From Candidatus Woesearchaeota archaeon (GTDB lineage: Archaea; Nanobdellota; Nanobdellia; Pacearchaeales; GW2011-AR1): 64,000 nucleotides of DNA. Position numbers and translations under genes: made by a program. This document shows, one piece after another, positions 28,887 to 40,049 of this stretch. The stretch lies in contig CAYHPN010000003.1 of NCBI GenBank assembly GCA_964358765.1, positions 43,327-107,326 of the forward strand, read 5' to 3'. Under the pieces are notes generated by a model. That model ran no database searches. It was not told the DNA's origin and saw only the letters and a program-made list of their open reading frames with translations. The first letter of the stretch is position 1, and the number at the start of each line of letters is the position of its first letter.

Positions 28887-29960
28887 ATGATTAAAAAAAG
28901 AGCAAAAGAAAAAAGAAATAGCGAAACTAAATATATAGAAAATCTTAGAGAACAAATATCAAATAATCAAGGAGATTTGCTTCTAATTCGCAGAGAAATT
29001 GTAATTGATAATGCTCATTATGATTCTGGTGTAAATTATATCAGAGAACCTAGTGCGACTTATTCAGGAACTTTAGAGTTGGGAATAATAAATGGAGAGT
29101 TAGAAAAAAACAAAAAACCTTCATTATCTCACACTGCATTGTTTGGTTCCAGATATTTTTATTCTCCAGATTATACAGTTTCAGTTAAAAATAAATTAAG
29201 CGTATCAGGGATTTCACAATGTTATTTTATAATTGATCAAGAAAATATTGAAAAAATAGAAGAAAACAGCACTTTAAGTATTGGAAATGAAGAAATATCA
29301 AAAGAAAATAATAACATTTTTGAAAATATCCCAAGAAATCCTCCATATTTAAGTAAAATAGAAATTATTGTAGGAGAAGAAAAGATAAATGAAACTTTAA
29401 GTAAACATGATAGATTCCATTCAAGTCTATTAATCAGTGTAAGAGACGAAAAAGGCAATGAATCGGGTCATGAGTTGTTATTTACAATGTTAAAGGGTAA
29501 ATCTGATCTTGGTGGCTATATTTCAAAACTTAAAAAATCAAGAGCTAATTCACTATCTGAATCTTTAGTTTATGATGTTTGCAGTATTTCTTTAGGTTTG
29601 TATGAAATCTCAAAATTACCTCTTTCTTTAGAAAATCTAAGTATGGATTCTTGGAGCCCAAATGGAGATTCTCCGGATTATTTTTGGAATGATAATGCAA
29701 CAGTTGAAAGATACAATACAATAATAACTAAAATATTAAAACATACTTTAAGTGTAAACAAGATAATAACAGAAGAAAATAATAAAAAATTGCTTACGGA
29801 TAATCAAAAAATTGATGGCAAGATAATCGGTTTTCCATCAAGTATAGATGCAAAAGAATATCTCAAAAATGCTACGGATATTTTAAACAAAGCAAATAGT
29901 GTTATTGGGGAAATTAATTCATCTATTCAAAAGAAGATAAAAGATTCTCGAAGAAGATAA
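28887..29960 (+). CDS. Hypothetical protein
   Basis: 357-aa ORF, no recognised motif. Confidence 0.6.
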   Translation: MIKKRAKEKRNSETKYIENLREQISNNQGDLLLIRREIVIDNAHYDSGVNYIREPSATYSGTLELGIINGELEKNKKPSLSHTALFGSRYFYSPDYTVSVKNKLSVSGISQCYFIIDQENIEKIEENSTLSIGNEEISKENNNIFENIPRNPPYLSKIEIIVGEEKINETLSKHDRFHSSLLISVRDEKGNESGHELLFTMLKGKSDLGGYISKLKKSRANSLSESLVYDVCSISLGLYEISKLPLSLENLSMDSWSPNGDSPDYFWNDNATVERYNTIITKILKHTLSVNKIITEENNKKLLTDNQKIDGKIIGFPSSIDAKEYLKNATDILNKANSVIGEINSSIQKKIKDSRRR

Positions 29961-30009
29961 TTCTTTAAGAGAAAACAACATTTTTATATGACTATTTCCT
30001 GTGATTAAT

Positions 30010-30588
30010 ATGGAATTTGACACTGTTATTAAAAAAAGGAGATCTGTAAAAGAATTTAAGGCAAAAAAAGCTTCTTGGAAACTTGTTCTAGAAGCAATTG
30101 ACACATCCCTACAAGGCCCATTTGCAGGAAATCATAATTTCCTTAAATTCCTTATAACAGAAGAACCAGATATAATAAAGTTCATTGCAAAACATTGTGA
30201 ACAAGTCTGGATAGCGCAAGTAGAAATTCTTGTTCTTGTACTTTCAGATGATAAACACTTAGAAAATATTTATGGAGAAAGAGGCAGGGTCTATTCAAGA
30301 CAACAAGCCGGAGCAGCAATTCAGACAATGCTCTTAAAATTAGTGGATCTTGGTTTATCTTCATGCTGGGTCGGTTCATATGATGATGATGCAATAAGAG
30401 ACAAATTAAAGATTCCAAAAAATATCCAGATAGAAGCAATACTTCCTATTGGTTACGAAGACACTAAAAAACAAGACGAAAAAAAACCAAAAAAAGCTTT
30501 AGATACAGTTTTGTTCTGGGAACGTTGGGGAATGCCTCGCAGGCCTTCAATATTTGAGGAAGGCGTTGAGGATTATAGGCCGCAGTAA
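30010..30588 (+). CDS. Nitroreductase family protein
   Basis: KRRSVKEF, P.AGN, LGLSSCWVG, LPIGY. Confidence 0.88.
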   Translation: MEFDTVIKKRRSVKEFKAKKASWKLVLEAIDTSLQGPFAGNHNFLKFLITEEPDIIKFIAKHCEQVWIAQVEILVLVLSDDKHLENIYGERGRVYSRQQAGAAIQTMLLKLVDLGLSSCWVGSYDDDAIRDKLKIPKNIQIEAILPIGYEDTKKQDEKKPKKALDTVLFWERWGMPRRPSIFEEGVEDYRPQ

Positions 30589-30661
30589 AATCCATAATAG
30601 ATGCATCTTAATAGTAGTTACATACAGAAAGGCTTATAAATAGAAATTTTTTACCTTTTAC

Positions 30662-31522
30662 ATGAAAATGTCACATATAGTGCCTTGGATGAAATGTGTA
30701 GTTAAAACATCTCGTGCAGATAGCAAAGTCAGGAAATATTTTGACCTTCCTTTAAGACCCTATAAAGTAGAGTTTAATCCTCAAATATCAAAACAAGAAA
30801 AAATACTAAACGATAAAACAACTGTCGTTAAAGAAATAGGAGGAAATGCAACAAAAAAAGGAGTTACTTATCCTCAAGTACCTCAACTGTATCAGGCTCA
30901 ACACGAAGTAGTGCATGTACAACATTTATTGAATAATCCTTCATTAAAAAATATTGATGAAATATACAAAGATCCTGATAAACGACTACTTGCAACTATG
31001 GCATTAGAATTAATAGCTAATGGTTTTGTTTCTAGAGATGGTGTTCCGGAACAATGGAGAGTAGCATCATATAAAAGCAATAAAAAAATATTTGAAGTTT
31101 CAGATGAAGCGATTAATTATTTTGATTCACTAGCTCAAAAAAGAGAAAACTTTGAGAATTACACAGCCCTAAATGAAGCAACAGATCTAGAAGCTTTGAA
31201 AGAAGCATACTGGAAAACAGAAGAACAAGCATATTCCATTGGCACAGAAGTTGGTAGATGGTTGTTCACTGATTGGACTGCAGAACAACCGTTTAGTATA
31301 AATGTTGAAGTACATGAAGAAAAAGTTGAAGGTACAATTTCTTATAAAACATCTTCAATTGATCCAACAACACGAAAGGCTTTACTTAATGATCTTTTTT
31401 TCAGAGATTATGAAGAAGTAGCTGGATATGCAAATGCAGTTTATTCACAATCTCTCGCTCCCCTATTACAAAAAGGATATGAAGAACTTTCTTGTAAAGT
31501 AAAAGAGAAATTAAAAAAATAA
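30662..31522 (+). CDS. Hypothetical protein with HExxH motif (possible zincin-like metalloprotein)
   Basis: AQHEVVHVQH with downstream E.IAN. Confidence 0.5.
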   Translation: MKMSHIVPWMKCVVKTSRADSKVRKYFDLPLRPYKVEFNPQISKQEKILNDKTTVVKEIGGNATKKGVTYPQVPQLYQAQHEVVHVQHLLNNPSLKNIDEIYKDPDKRLLATMALELIANGFVSRDGVPEQWRVASYKSNKKIFEVSDEAINYFDSLAQKRENFENYTALNEATDLEALKEAYWKTEEQAYSIGTEVGRWLFTDWTAEQPFSINVEVHEEKVEGTISYKTSSIDPTTRKALLNDLFFRDYEEVAGYANAVYSQSLAPLLQKGYEELSCKVKEKLKK

Positions 31523-31576
31523 GTTAAATCTTGAAAAATAAAAGAAATAGAAAAATAAAAAAAATAATTTTAAGTT

Positions 31577-32662
31577 TTATCTGAAAACCTCAATGCCTAA
31601 TTCTGACATATCGCTTGGAGTAGATGATTTTTCTTTGCCCCTTCCTAAAGCTTTACCCATAACATAAGGAGAGTTAACTCCAGTCATAATAGTAATAACT
31701 CTTACTTTGTTTGCAAAGTCTTTATTAATTCTAGCTCCAATGATCACTTGTGCTTCTGGACTGATATTCTCAGTTACTAATTCTCCAACTCCGGAAAATT
31801 CCTCTAACTTAAAGTCAGGTCCGCAAGTTATGTGAATTAATGCACCAGTAGCTCCTCTGTAATCAACATCTAGTAAAGGTTGTGTTAAGGCTTGTCTTAC
31901 AGCTTCTTCAACTCTTCCAGTTGTATCGCTTTCTCCGACTCCTATAACTGCAACTTCCCCATTCTTCATAATTGCCGATACGTCTGCATAGTCTAAGTTA
32001 ATCAATGAAGGCAAAGTAATAGTCTCGACTATACCTTTTATCATTGTACTTACTAATTCATTCGCAACAGCAAAAGCCTGCTCCATAGGTAAGTTTCCTG
32101 CAATATCTACAAGTCTATTGTTATCAATCAATATAGCTGTGTCAACAACTTCGGTTAATTCCTGTAAACCAAATTCTGCTTTCTCTTGTCTAACTCTCTC
32201 GCATTCAAAAGGCATCGTTGCAACTGCAATTACTACAGCTCCAGATTCTTTTGCAAGTTGTGCTACAACAGGCGCAGCTCCAGTTCCAGTTCCACCGCCA
32301 AGTCCAAGTAACACAAAAACCATATCTGCTCCACCAACTGATTTTTTCAGTTCTGATAAAGACTCTTTTGCTGCTTCTCTTCCTCTTCCAGGATTTCCAC
32401 CGCAACCAAGTCCTCTAGTGAGCTCTTTTCCGATTAAGATTTTCTCATCAGCTTTTGTAATACTAAGGTGCAATGCATCGGTGTTTGTACCATAAATTGT
32501 TGCTCCATTAATACCTTTGTTGAAAAGCCATGTAATTGTATTACATCCTGCTCCACCAACTCCAAAAACCTTTATATTTGCTTTTCCAGCCCTTAGTTCA
32601 TCAAAATTAATGCTATGTGTTTCTGCATTTTTTATCGCTTCTCTAGCGAAATCAAGTACCAT
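31577..32662 (-). CDS. ftsZ: Cell division GTPase FtsZ
   Basis: GVGGAG, NTD, GGGTGTG tubulin motif, NLDYADV. Confidence 0.96.
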   Translation of the reverse strand: MVLDFAREAIKNAETHSINFDELRAGKANIKVFGVGGAGCNTITWLFNKGINGATIYGTNTDALHLSITKADEKILIGKELTRGLGCGGNPGRGREAAKESLSELKKSVGGADMVFVLLGLGGGTGTGAAPVVAQLAKESGAVVIAVATMPFECERVRQEKAEFGLQELTEVVDTAILIDNNRLVDIAGNLPMEQAFAVANELVSTMIKGIVETITLPSLINLDYADVSAIMKNGEVAVIGVGESDTTGRVEEAVRQALTQPLLDVDYRGATGALIHITCGPDFKLEEFSGVGELVTENISPEAQVIIGARINKDFANKVRVITIMTGVNSPYVMGKALGRGKEKSSTPSDMSELGIEVFR

Positions 32663-32909
32663 TTTATTCTTTTTTTGTTCCTCCTTTCAGTTTTTTCACA
32701 AATTTATTTAAATTCTTAACAACTTCCTATTTAAATATTTGACTGTGTTTTAAAAAATATAAAAGAGTAACATTTTTTCACTTTTTTGGAGTTAAATATC
32801 TGTTTTTTAGGTCAAATTATCAAATTTCTTGATTAGTTTTATCCTTTTCCATCACACCATACACAACATTTATCCGGACAATCATCATTTAATAATTTTA
32901 TAGCATTAT

Positions 32910-33944
32910 CTAAAATTCTTTGAGCCTTTTCATAACAGTATCAAAATCTTTTTTCATAAAATGCGCTCCAGCAGCAGGAATATGACCTCCGCCAGAGGCA
33001 CTTTCCAGATCTTTTATTAATCTCTTCATTAAAACAGACATATTTTCTTTTTGATCTTGTCTTCTTCCATGTACATGAAATGTTTCCTCTTTGTCTTCAA
33101 TAATTATCAAAGTCTTATCAATAATTTCCCCGCTGATCATTGAACTGATAACAGAACCAGTCGGAAATCTAGGACGGTATACAAAAACATCTCGTCCATT
33201 AATTTCATTTTTCTCCTTCCAAAAATTCTGTATACTTTTATCAATTTCTTCTTGTACTTCTTTTGCATGTTTTCCTAACTCTCCAATATCTCCAAATTCT
33301 TCTCCTAGATTATTATAAACATTTTTAACATCTTTGCTAAAAAACAATATGGAATTATAAATTTCAGTTAATAATTTCCAAAACTTTCCTTCCTTTTTTA
33401 CTAAAATTCCTTCAACTTTTAATTCATCACCGTATTTTTTATAAGTCATTTCCACAAACTTTCTATTTTTATGATATAACCAATCACTAACAGAAGCAAT
33501 TGCAATTAGCCAATCTAGTTTTTCTAAATTGTCAACTTTAGAGAATAAATAATAAGAAATATATGCTGCACATAATCCTTGTACATTTAAAAAAACGATT
33601 TTATAGGTATTGAGGTCTACTTTAAATTGATGATGATCAATAATTAATACCTCGCAAAGCTTAGATAGATTAATAAAAAAATTTTCTTCTGCTCCAAGAT
33701 CAGTAACTATTGTTTTAGTTATTCCTTTTTGTTTCAATTCGTTTAGAAGTTCATCATTAAGATCATTATAATCAACAAATTTAATCAACTCTACATCAAT
33801 TACAGAATTAACAACTTTTGCAGAAATAATTCCATCTATATCTCTTGAATGCGAGATCAAAGCAATTTTATCATTTCCATTTAATTTTGATATAAATTCA
33901 AAAAATCTTTTTTCTTCACCGGCATTGAAATCTATTTTTTCCAT
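32910..33944 (-). CDS. DHH/DHHA1 family phosphoesterase
   Basis: D.DG, TDLG, IIDHH, GGGH..AAG. Confidence 0.88.
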   Translation of the reverse strand: MEKIDFNAGEEKRFFEFISKLNGNDKIALISHSRDIDGIISAKVVNSVIDVELIKFVDYNDLNDELLNELKQKGITKTIVTDLGAEENFFINLSKLCEVLIIDHHQFKVDLNTYKIVFLNVQGLCAAYISYYLFSKVDNLEKLDWLIAIASVSDWLYHKNRKFVEMTYKKYGDELKVEGILVKKEGKFWKLLTEIYNSILFFSKDVKNVYNNLGEEFGDIGELGKHAKEVQEEIDKSIQNFWKEKNEINGRDVFVYRPRFPTGSVISSMISGEIIDKTLIIIEDKEETFHVHGRRQDQKENMSVLMKRLIKDLESASGGGHIPAAGAHFMKKDFDTVMKRLKEF

Positions 33945-34099
33945 TTTCTAGAATTAATTGTTTAGTATTTAAAGATTTATTTTAAAAAAATTAGTTTCCC
34001 AGTCACCTCATTCAAATTAATGTCTTCAAAATTATATCCCTTAGGCCCAATATACACAATTATAGATGAATATAAATTAAAAAAATAAATCATTAATTC

Positions 34100-34255
34100 T
34101 TACTCATTTTTAAGTTTTGCCATTCTTTCAGTCACTCCTTTAGTTTCTTTATCCAATACATCTTTGTACTCTTTAAGCATCTCAAGTTTCTCTTCTTTGG
34201 TAAGAAAACTTCTTCCAGAGTAACTTCCACATCCGCCATAACAGCATCCATCCAT
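34100..34255 (-). CDS. Small Cys/Gly-rich plus coiled-coil protein (DUF5320-like); not in ORF track
   Basis: MDGCCYGGCGSYSGRSFLTKEEKLEMLKEYKDVLDKETKGVTERMAKLKNE*, AGGAGGT SD; divergent from PadR. Confidence 0.7.
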   Translation of the reverse strand: MDGCCYGGCGSYSGRSFLTKEEKLEMLKEYKDVLDKETKGVTERMAKLKNE

Positions 34256-34387
34256 TTTTATCTCTTACCTCCTTTCATCTTAATGTCTCTTTCTTGTAGA
34301 GTATAGTCAGTTTTCAATTCATATCTATCGGTCATACGATATTATAAAAATCGAAGTATTTAAATATATCGCTTGCCCGATACAAGT

Positions 34388-34687
34388 ATGAAAGATTGCG
34401 TACCTTATTGCTGCGATATGCGTGGAATGTTATCATTCTTAATTCTATTTTTACTTTCTAAAAAATCAATGCATGGACAAGAAATTGCTCTTGAATTAGA
34501 AAAAAGAAAAGGGGAAAAACCCTCTCCAGGAACAATCTATCCAGCATTAAAGCATCTTAAAAATGAAAAACTCATTTCTGAAAATAAAGAAGGCAAAAAT
34601 ATTTATTATTCTCTGACTAAAGAGGGTAAAGATGCTCTTAAAGTTGCAAAGATCAAATTTTGCACTATTTTTAAGGATGTTTTTTAA
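34388..34687 (+). CDS. PadR family transcriptional regulator
   Basis: MHGQEI, PSPGTIYPALKHL, YYSLTKEG; N-terminal CC pair. Confidence 0.9.
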   Translation: MKDCVPYCCDMRGMLSFLILFLLSKKSMHGQEIALELEKRKGEKPSPGTIYPALKHLKNEKLISENKEGKNIYYSLTKEGKDALKVAKIKFCTIFKDVF

Positions 34688-34895
34688 TATAATATAAATT
34701 ATAACAAAAATAATTTCCCATGGAAATATAGTTATTTTGTCCAAAGTAAATTTGCTCAAAATAAGAATTTAGGCAACACTTGCTTTTGACTATCGGCAAT
34801 TCTGTTTTAAATTTGTCAAAATTGACGTATTAGAGAATTTAACAGAATTCTCTATAAATTACTAACTGTGCTTTAGCACTCTGCCCGAAGGATAT
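34688..34895 (+). mobile_element. Family 1 structured dispersed element, copy B
   Basis: Same conserved blocks as copy A with an expanded variable domain; starts immediately after the padR stop. Confidence 0.85.
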
Positions 34896-35003
34896 TATTT
34901 TATATTTTATTCTATTTATCTTTAGAGTTTAATACCTATAGGCTCACCTTATAGTATTAATGATGATAAAAAAGTTTATATCAGGCATCTATCTAATTTT
35001 TAA

Positions 35004-36620
35004 ATGAAAGAAAGAAATGTTGCAATAGCTTTGTTTGCCCTATTTATCTTTCTCGGAGTTTTAACATTTTGCTTAACTGTTTTTATTACAGATTTTAATT
35101 TTTACAAATCTCATTTGGAAATAAACGAATTTACAGTAAATGAAAAGTTATACTTTCATACAGATAAACCTTATCACACATTATATAGAAATTTCCTCGA
35201 TCCTTTATATCCTCCTCAAATAAATTCAAAAAATTTCATTTCTTTAGTAGATATAACCTGTTCAGGTGGACAGCCCTATTTAAGGGATCGGAGTAATAAC
35301 TGTTATAATGTCCCCGGTTTCTACAATGTTAATTGTCAAGCATTTACAGAAAAAAATGAATATGGATGTACCTTTGGTTCGGCGCTTGGATTTAAAAAAA
35401 ATTCAGAATATACGATTGATGCTAGTTATATAATAAATCCACAAAATATATTTAAAATAAAAAATAGGCATTATATAAAATTTATCGTATATTCAAAAGA
35501 TAATCATAAATTACTTACAAAAAACAATTTTTTAACATCGAAAAATATAATTAGAAAGAATAATTACCTGCCAAATGAGGATGTAATTGTATATATACCA
35601 TATGAAGGAAATACCCAAGGTTTAAAGTTAATAGTCCAGAATTCATTTGATTTTAATACTGGTAGCATGTCCTTATTATTGTTTATGTGTTTATTTCCAG
35701 CCATACTTTTCATACTAGTTTGGTTCATTGAAGGGAGAGAATATTCATGCCTGGACATCCCAGAGGAATTGAGCGATTTTCCTTCAAAAATAAAGGGATG
35801 GGAAGTTGCTACATTCTATAATCCTCCATTTTCAATTGCAGATGATCATTTCATATCTTCTATAATGTTGGATTTTTATCATAAAAAGATTCTTGACATT
35901 AAAGTAGATGAAAAAAACCTACCATGGGTTAAAATATATAAAGATAATAAAAAAATTTCAACTCTAGACGATATTGAATTAAAATTCTTATCAATATTAC
36001 AAAGTCTAAATGATAAGTGTTCGCAAGATTATATAGATGGAGAATATTTTAACATCAAGAAAGCATCTTACCGATATAGTTTAAGTTTAAAGAGTGAATT
36101 TAAGATCTTACAAAAAGAATTAAAGAAAAAAAGTAAAATGTACCTTAGCTCAGGTCCAAAATGGATTCCAATAATTTTTGCCTTGGTATCTTGGTTTTTA
36201 ATAAAAATGTTTAATCACTATTATTTAGCAATCTTTTACTTCATTTCCCTGATAATGTTCTCAGTAATATTGAATAAATCTGCGCTACTTAATAGATTTA
36301 GAGGAGAATACTACATTGAATACCAAAAATGGCAGGCATTTAAGAAATATCTTTCAAAATCATTTTCTATAACTAAGCACGGTCATCAAGCAGTAAAACT
36401 CTGGGATCACTACTTGATATATGGAGCAGCTTTAGGAGTGTCAAAAAAAGTTATTAAAGAGCTCCGTTCAGCTAGAATAATTGATGAAAAAGATTATAAT
36501 ATCTACACAGGAATTAATCTTGCTTCGGTTTCATTTGCCTCTTCATCAGGTTCAAAAGGAGGAAGTTTAGGAGGAGCTTCCGGCGGCGGAATAGGTGGGG
36601 GAGGAGGCGGAGGCAGATAA
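35004..36620 (+). CDS. DUF2207-like membrane protein
   Basis: KWQAFKKYL, LWDHYLIYGAALGV, Gly-rich C-terminus GGGGGGR. Confidence 0.8.
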   Translation: MKERNVAIALFALFIFLGVLTFCLTVFITDFNFYKSHLEINEFTVNEKLYFHTDKPYHTLYRNFLDPLYPPQINSKNFISLVDITCSGGQPYLRDRSNNCYNVPGFYNVNCQAFTEKNEYGCTFGSALGFKKNSEYTIDASYIINPQNIFKIKNRHYIKFIVYSKDNHKLLTKNNFLTSKNIIRKNNYLPNEDVIVYIPYEGNTQGLKLIVQNSFDFNTGSMSLLLFMCLFPAILFILVWFIEGREYSCLDIPEELSDFPSKIKGWEVATFYNPPFSIADDHFISSIMLDFYHKKILDIKVDEKNLPWVKIYKDNKKISTLDDIELKFLSILQSLNDKCSQDYIDGEYFNIKKASYRYSLSLKSEFKILQKELKKKSKMYLSSGPKWIPIIFALVSWFLIKMFNHYYLAIFYFISLIMFSVILNKSALLNRFRGEYYIEYQKWQAFKKYLSKSFSITKHGHQAVKLWDHYLIYGAALGVSKKVIKELRSARIIDEKDYNIYTGINLASVSFASSSGSKGGSLGGASGGGIGGGGGGGR

Positions 36621-36669
36621 CCCAATTAATCTCATAAATATTAATAAACAATCAATGCCTATCCTCTAA

Positions 36670-37221
36670 ATGTTAACTGATGCAAAAAATTTAGAAAAAT
36701 CATTATCAGATACAATAAATAAGGAAGCTAATAAAATAAAAGAAACATCACAGATTCTAATAAATACGATAAAATCAGGAAATAAAATATTATCTTGCGG
36801 AAACGGAGGTTCTGCAGCAGAATCCCAGCATTTTGTAACTGAGTTAGTTGTAAGATTTAAAACTAATAGAAAAGCAATCCCTGCAATCTCACTTACGACT
36901 GATACTTCTATCCTAACAGCATGTTCAAATGACTTTTCATTTGAAGATATTTTTTCTAGACAAGTTGAAGCATTGGCAAATCCTGGGGATGTTCTAATCT
37001 GTTTGAGTACTTCAGGAAACTCTCCAAATGTTGTAAAAACCGCACAAAAAGCAAAAGAAATGAATTGTAAAGTTATCTCTCTGACAGGTTTAAAAGAAAA
37101 TAAGCTCGAAAGCTTTTCAGATATCCATATTAAAGTACACTCACTAGAAACCTCAAGAATTCAAGAAATCCATCTCTTTCTTCTTCATTATTTCGCAGAC
37201 GAATTAGAAAAATCAATTTAA
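36670..37221 (+). CDS. gmhA: Phosphoheptose isomerase (SIS domain)
   Basis: CGNGGSAAESQH, NDFSF..IFSRQVEA, STSGNS, RIQEIH. Confidence 0.92.
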   Translation: MLTDAKNLEKSLSDTINKEANKIKETSQILINTIKSGNKILSCGNGGSAAESQHFVTELVVRFKTNRKAIPAISLTTDTSILTACSNDFSFEDIFSRQVEALANPGDVLICLSTSGNSPNVVKTAQKAKEMNCKVISLTGLKENKLESFSDIHIKVHSLETSRIQEIHLFLLHYFADELEKSI

Positions 37222-37533
37222 ACTAAAATAAAGAGCAAGTGTCAAAAAAGCAACTATAACCATGATCAGTAAAATTGCCAAAGTATATCCTATTAAAGAA
37301 ACAGCTTCTTTCTTCTTCCCATCTAAATACCACATTACAGGCCTCCCGAATACAAGAAATCCCGTCAGGGCAGCAGAAAATACAAAAAGTAAAAGCATTG
37401 CAATAGGTATTATTATATTATCTTCTGGTTCATGGGAAAAAGCTTGAAGGGAAAATATAAAGGAGACTACAAGTATAATATACAAAGTCGTCCCAATGGC
37501 ATTAATAAGCGCATTTTTTATTATTTTGTTCAT
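37213..37533 (-). CDS. Small 3-TM membrane protein
   Basis: LLLFVFSAALTGFLVFGRP..YLDGKKKEA. Confidence 0.7.
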   Translation of the reverse strand: MNKIIKNALINAIGTTLYIILVVSFIFSLQAFSHEPEDNIIIPIAMLLLFVFSAALTGFLVFGRPVMWYLDGKKKEAVSLIGYTLAILLIMVIVAFLTLALYFSLN

Positions 37534-37571
37534 ATCCTATCCAAGAATCTAAAGGTTTTAAAGATTTATAG

Positions 37572-38543
37572 CTAGAAATATACAAATTTATGTTCTTTTG
37601 ATATTGTTATAATGTCTAAATGTTTTATTATGTCAGAAAAATTATTTTTTATGGATTCCACAATCAAATCAAACTCTTTTTCAGAATAAACCTCAAATTC
37701 AGGCTCATAATCCCAATTTCCTAAAACCCTTACATGGTGGATTATGTTCCTATTACTCTCAAGAGAATTAACGAATTCGTTTACTCTTTTCTCTTTTGGA
37801 GAATCCAAGTAAACGAACACCTTATAGAACTTTATCCCTAGTTTTTCATAATTTACTGCGATCTTAAATCCCAAGATGACCTTATTCTTCATCATCTGTT
37901 TAATCCTGTAATTGACAATTCTAACACTCGTCTTTAGTTTAGCAGCTATATTGACTAATGACTCTCTCGCATTCAAGCTTAAATGCTTAAGAATTGAGAG
38001 ATCTAATTCATCTAGTTTAATTTTTTCGTCTCTCTTCATGATTATTCTTTCCCTTTCTATAGTCTTCTTCTCTTCTAATAAATAATCCCGATTATATGTT
38101 GAGGCCTCCACTAGAATAGAAATAGATTTTTTATCTATATAACCGGAAAATTTCTCTAAAACATCATTTTTTAATAGTTCTATATTTTCAATAGAATCTG
38201 CTTCTAAAGAAATTATCAAATCCCAGCTTCCCTTTGTAGATACTATCCATTTAACGGCTTTATTTTTCTTCAGCTCATTGATAATCTTAGTTAATTTCTC
38301 AGAATTGATATGCTGAAGAGTCAGGCATATCTTAAACTGTAAAATTCCAAGCTTAGACAAATTAACGATTAACTGATATTGCGTTATTATCTCCTCTTCA
38401 AGTCTCTTAATTCTATAATTGACTACTTCAGTAGATAATCCTACTTTCTTTCCTATCTGAGTACAAGATAGTCTCGCATTTTTATCCAGTTCGTATAAGA
38501 TTCTTCTGTCTTTTAAGTCTAGTTTTACAATTTCCTCAACCAT
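37572..38543 (-). CDS. Tandem Lrp/AsnC transcriptional regulator
   Basis: LDLKDRRILYELDKNAR..; second unit LDELDLSILKHL. Confidence 0.88.
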   Translation of the reverse strand: MVEEIVKLDLKDRRILYELDKNARLSCTQIGKKVGLSTEVVNYRIKRLEEEIITQYQLIVNLSKLGILQFKICLTLQHINSEKLTKIINELKKNKAVKWIVSTKGSWDLIISLEADSIENIELLKNDVLEKFSGYIDKKSISILVEASTYNRDYLLEEKKTIERERIIMKRDEKIKLDELDLSILKHLSLNARESLVNIAAKLKTSVRIVNYRIKQMMKNKVILGFKIAVNYEKLGIKFYKVFVYLDSPKEKRVNEFVNSLESNRNIIHHVRVLGNWDYEPEFEVYSEKEFDLIVESIKNNFSDIIKHLDIITISKEHKFVYF

Positions 38544-38694
38544 ATTTTATAGTTATTACATTTTATTTATAAATCTTGTCTTTTTTATAAAATTATCCTT
38601 AAAAGATTTTAATTATCTGTTTGTTCTAGGGATATTATGAAAACACAAACAACAAAACAAAAACAGAAAGCAATGAAAGGAGGTAGATGTAAAC

Positions 38695-39330
38695 ATGAAA
38701 TGTTCAAATATACCAAAAATTGAAGAAATAATTGAATGGGCCGATACATTTCCAAGAGCAATTGAATGCCGAGTAAAAGATTATGGTAACACTTATTTTT
38801 GTCATGTTGAGGAGCATCCTCTTGAAGATAAATGGGGAATACCAGATAAAACTCTTACTGATCTAGGTAATGCAATTCCAATGTATCAACCTGACACAAT
38901 AAAAATAGACAAAGAACATGAAAAGGAATTAGATGAAATTTACACAACCTCTGATAGACCCCATAGATTTGAAGTAAGAAATACAATCTATAATCTATCT
39001 GAGATGGAATATAGATTTTTACTTGGTAATGATTATCCAAAGGGTAAAGAAGATAGTGCTGATTTTTATAGAATAAGATCAATAAAAGTTGGAGAAATTA
39101 TTTTATCCATGGATAAGGGCGGTGTTAGACCAAAACCTAATGCATATTGTCTTGGAAACGATACGTTTGCATATAGTCATAATGGAAAGTCAGTAGATAT
39201 TTTTTCAGCACAATCTTTTATGATTTCAACTAAAGATTATAAAAAATTAGCTTTGTCACCAAATGTAAGAAAGAATTTTATTGATGTAATTAAATCTGAG
39301 AGAGATAGCATGACTAAAAGCAAGAGATAA
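38695..39330 (+). CDS. Hypothetical protein divergent from Lrp
   Basis: 211 aa; AAGGAGGT SD upstream. Confidence 0.6.
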   Translation: MKCSNIPKIEEIIEWADTFPRAIECRVKDYGNTYFCHVEEHPLEDKWGIPDKTLTDLGNAIPMYQPDTIKIDKEHEKELDEIYTTSDRPHRFEVRNTIYNLSEMEYRFLLGNDYPKGKEDSADFYRIRSIKVGEIILSMDKGGVRPKPNAYCLGNDTFAYSHNGKSVDIFSAQSFMISTKDYKKLALSPNVRKNFIDVIKSERDSMTKSKR

Positions 39331-39351
39331 GAACCTTTAAAATTTATTTTT

Positions 39352-40014
39352 TTATTTTTTTCTTTTCCTTAGCCTTTTTATATATTCTTCAGAATCTGGT
39401 TCAACTTTTGTTCCAGGGAATGTAATAATGCTAAATGATTGAAAAACAGTTAACAAGAAATAATACAATACGCCCCAAAGTAAAATAAATGCAGGATTAT
39501 CAACAATTTCTCCACTTATGCTTCCCCCATGTCTTGTACCTGTTTCTATAATCTTATTTCTTAATAGTTCTTGCTGTTCTGGGAAATTATTTCCAATTCC
39601 AGATAAAAATATTGATAAAAGTGCACTAAATATCAAAGAAATTCCAATTAAAACCTTTAATTTTGATTGGGTTTTTATATTATTCATATCTTTTACCAAA
39701 ATAAATTTAGATAATGTAGAAAAAACAAAAAACAAAAATAGCATATAATTATTAAATATAAATGAAATTCCTAGAGCAAATGCGACTACTATCAATAAAA
39801 TAAATAGAGGTTTAAGTTCGCTTACTTTTCTTATTTTAGGTATTGTTAATGGCACAAATAATTCGAAGAATTCCATCATTATTATAGGAAAACCATAATG
39901 AACTAACCAGAAATTTGTTTCAAGAGGATAAAGAAATCCCTTAATATAATAATAAATCATGATAACATTGAATAAAACAAATAATATCTTGGGGATTATA
40001 TTCGCAATCTTCAT
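39352..40014 (-). CDS. Multi-pass membrane protein
   Basis: About 6 hydrophobic segments. Confidence 0.65.
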   Translation of the reverse strand: MKIANIIPKILFVLFNVIMIYYYIKGFLYPLETNFWLVHYGFPIIMMEFFELFVPLTIPKIRKVSELKPLFILLIVVAFALGISFIFNNYMLFLFFVFSTLSKFILVKDMNNIKTQSKLKVLIGISLIFSALLSIFLSGIGNNFPEQQELLRNKIIETGTRHGGSISGEIVDNPAFILLWGVLYYFLLTVFQSFSIITFPGTKVEPDSEEYIKRLRKRKK

Positions 40015-40049
40015 TTATAGACTTATATTCTTGCAGTTATAAATTTATT

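Noticed and set aside
33985..34070. Possible gene remnant (IVYIGPKGYNFEDINLNEVTGKL on the - strand)
   Set aside because: Too short, with no start or convincing family match
34547..34759. Protein family suggested by ORFs sharing FTLxKITIFPxEIIFVIIYI (34547-34759 and the start of 54780-55196)
   Set aside because: Chance translation of the non-coding family 1 element; copies vary by indels that conserve pairing, not frame
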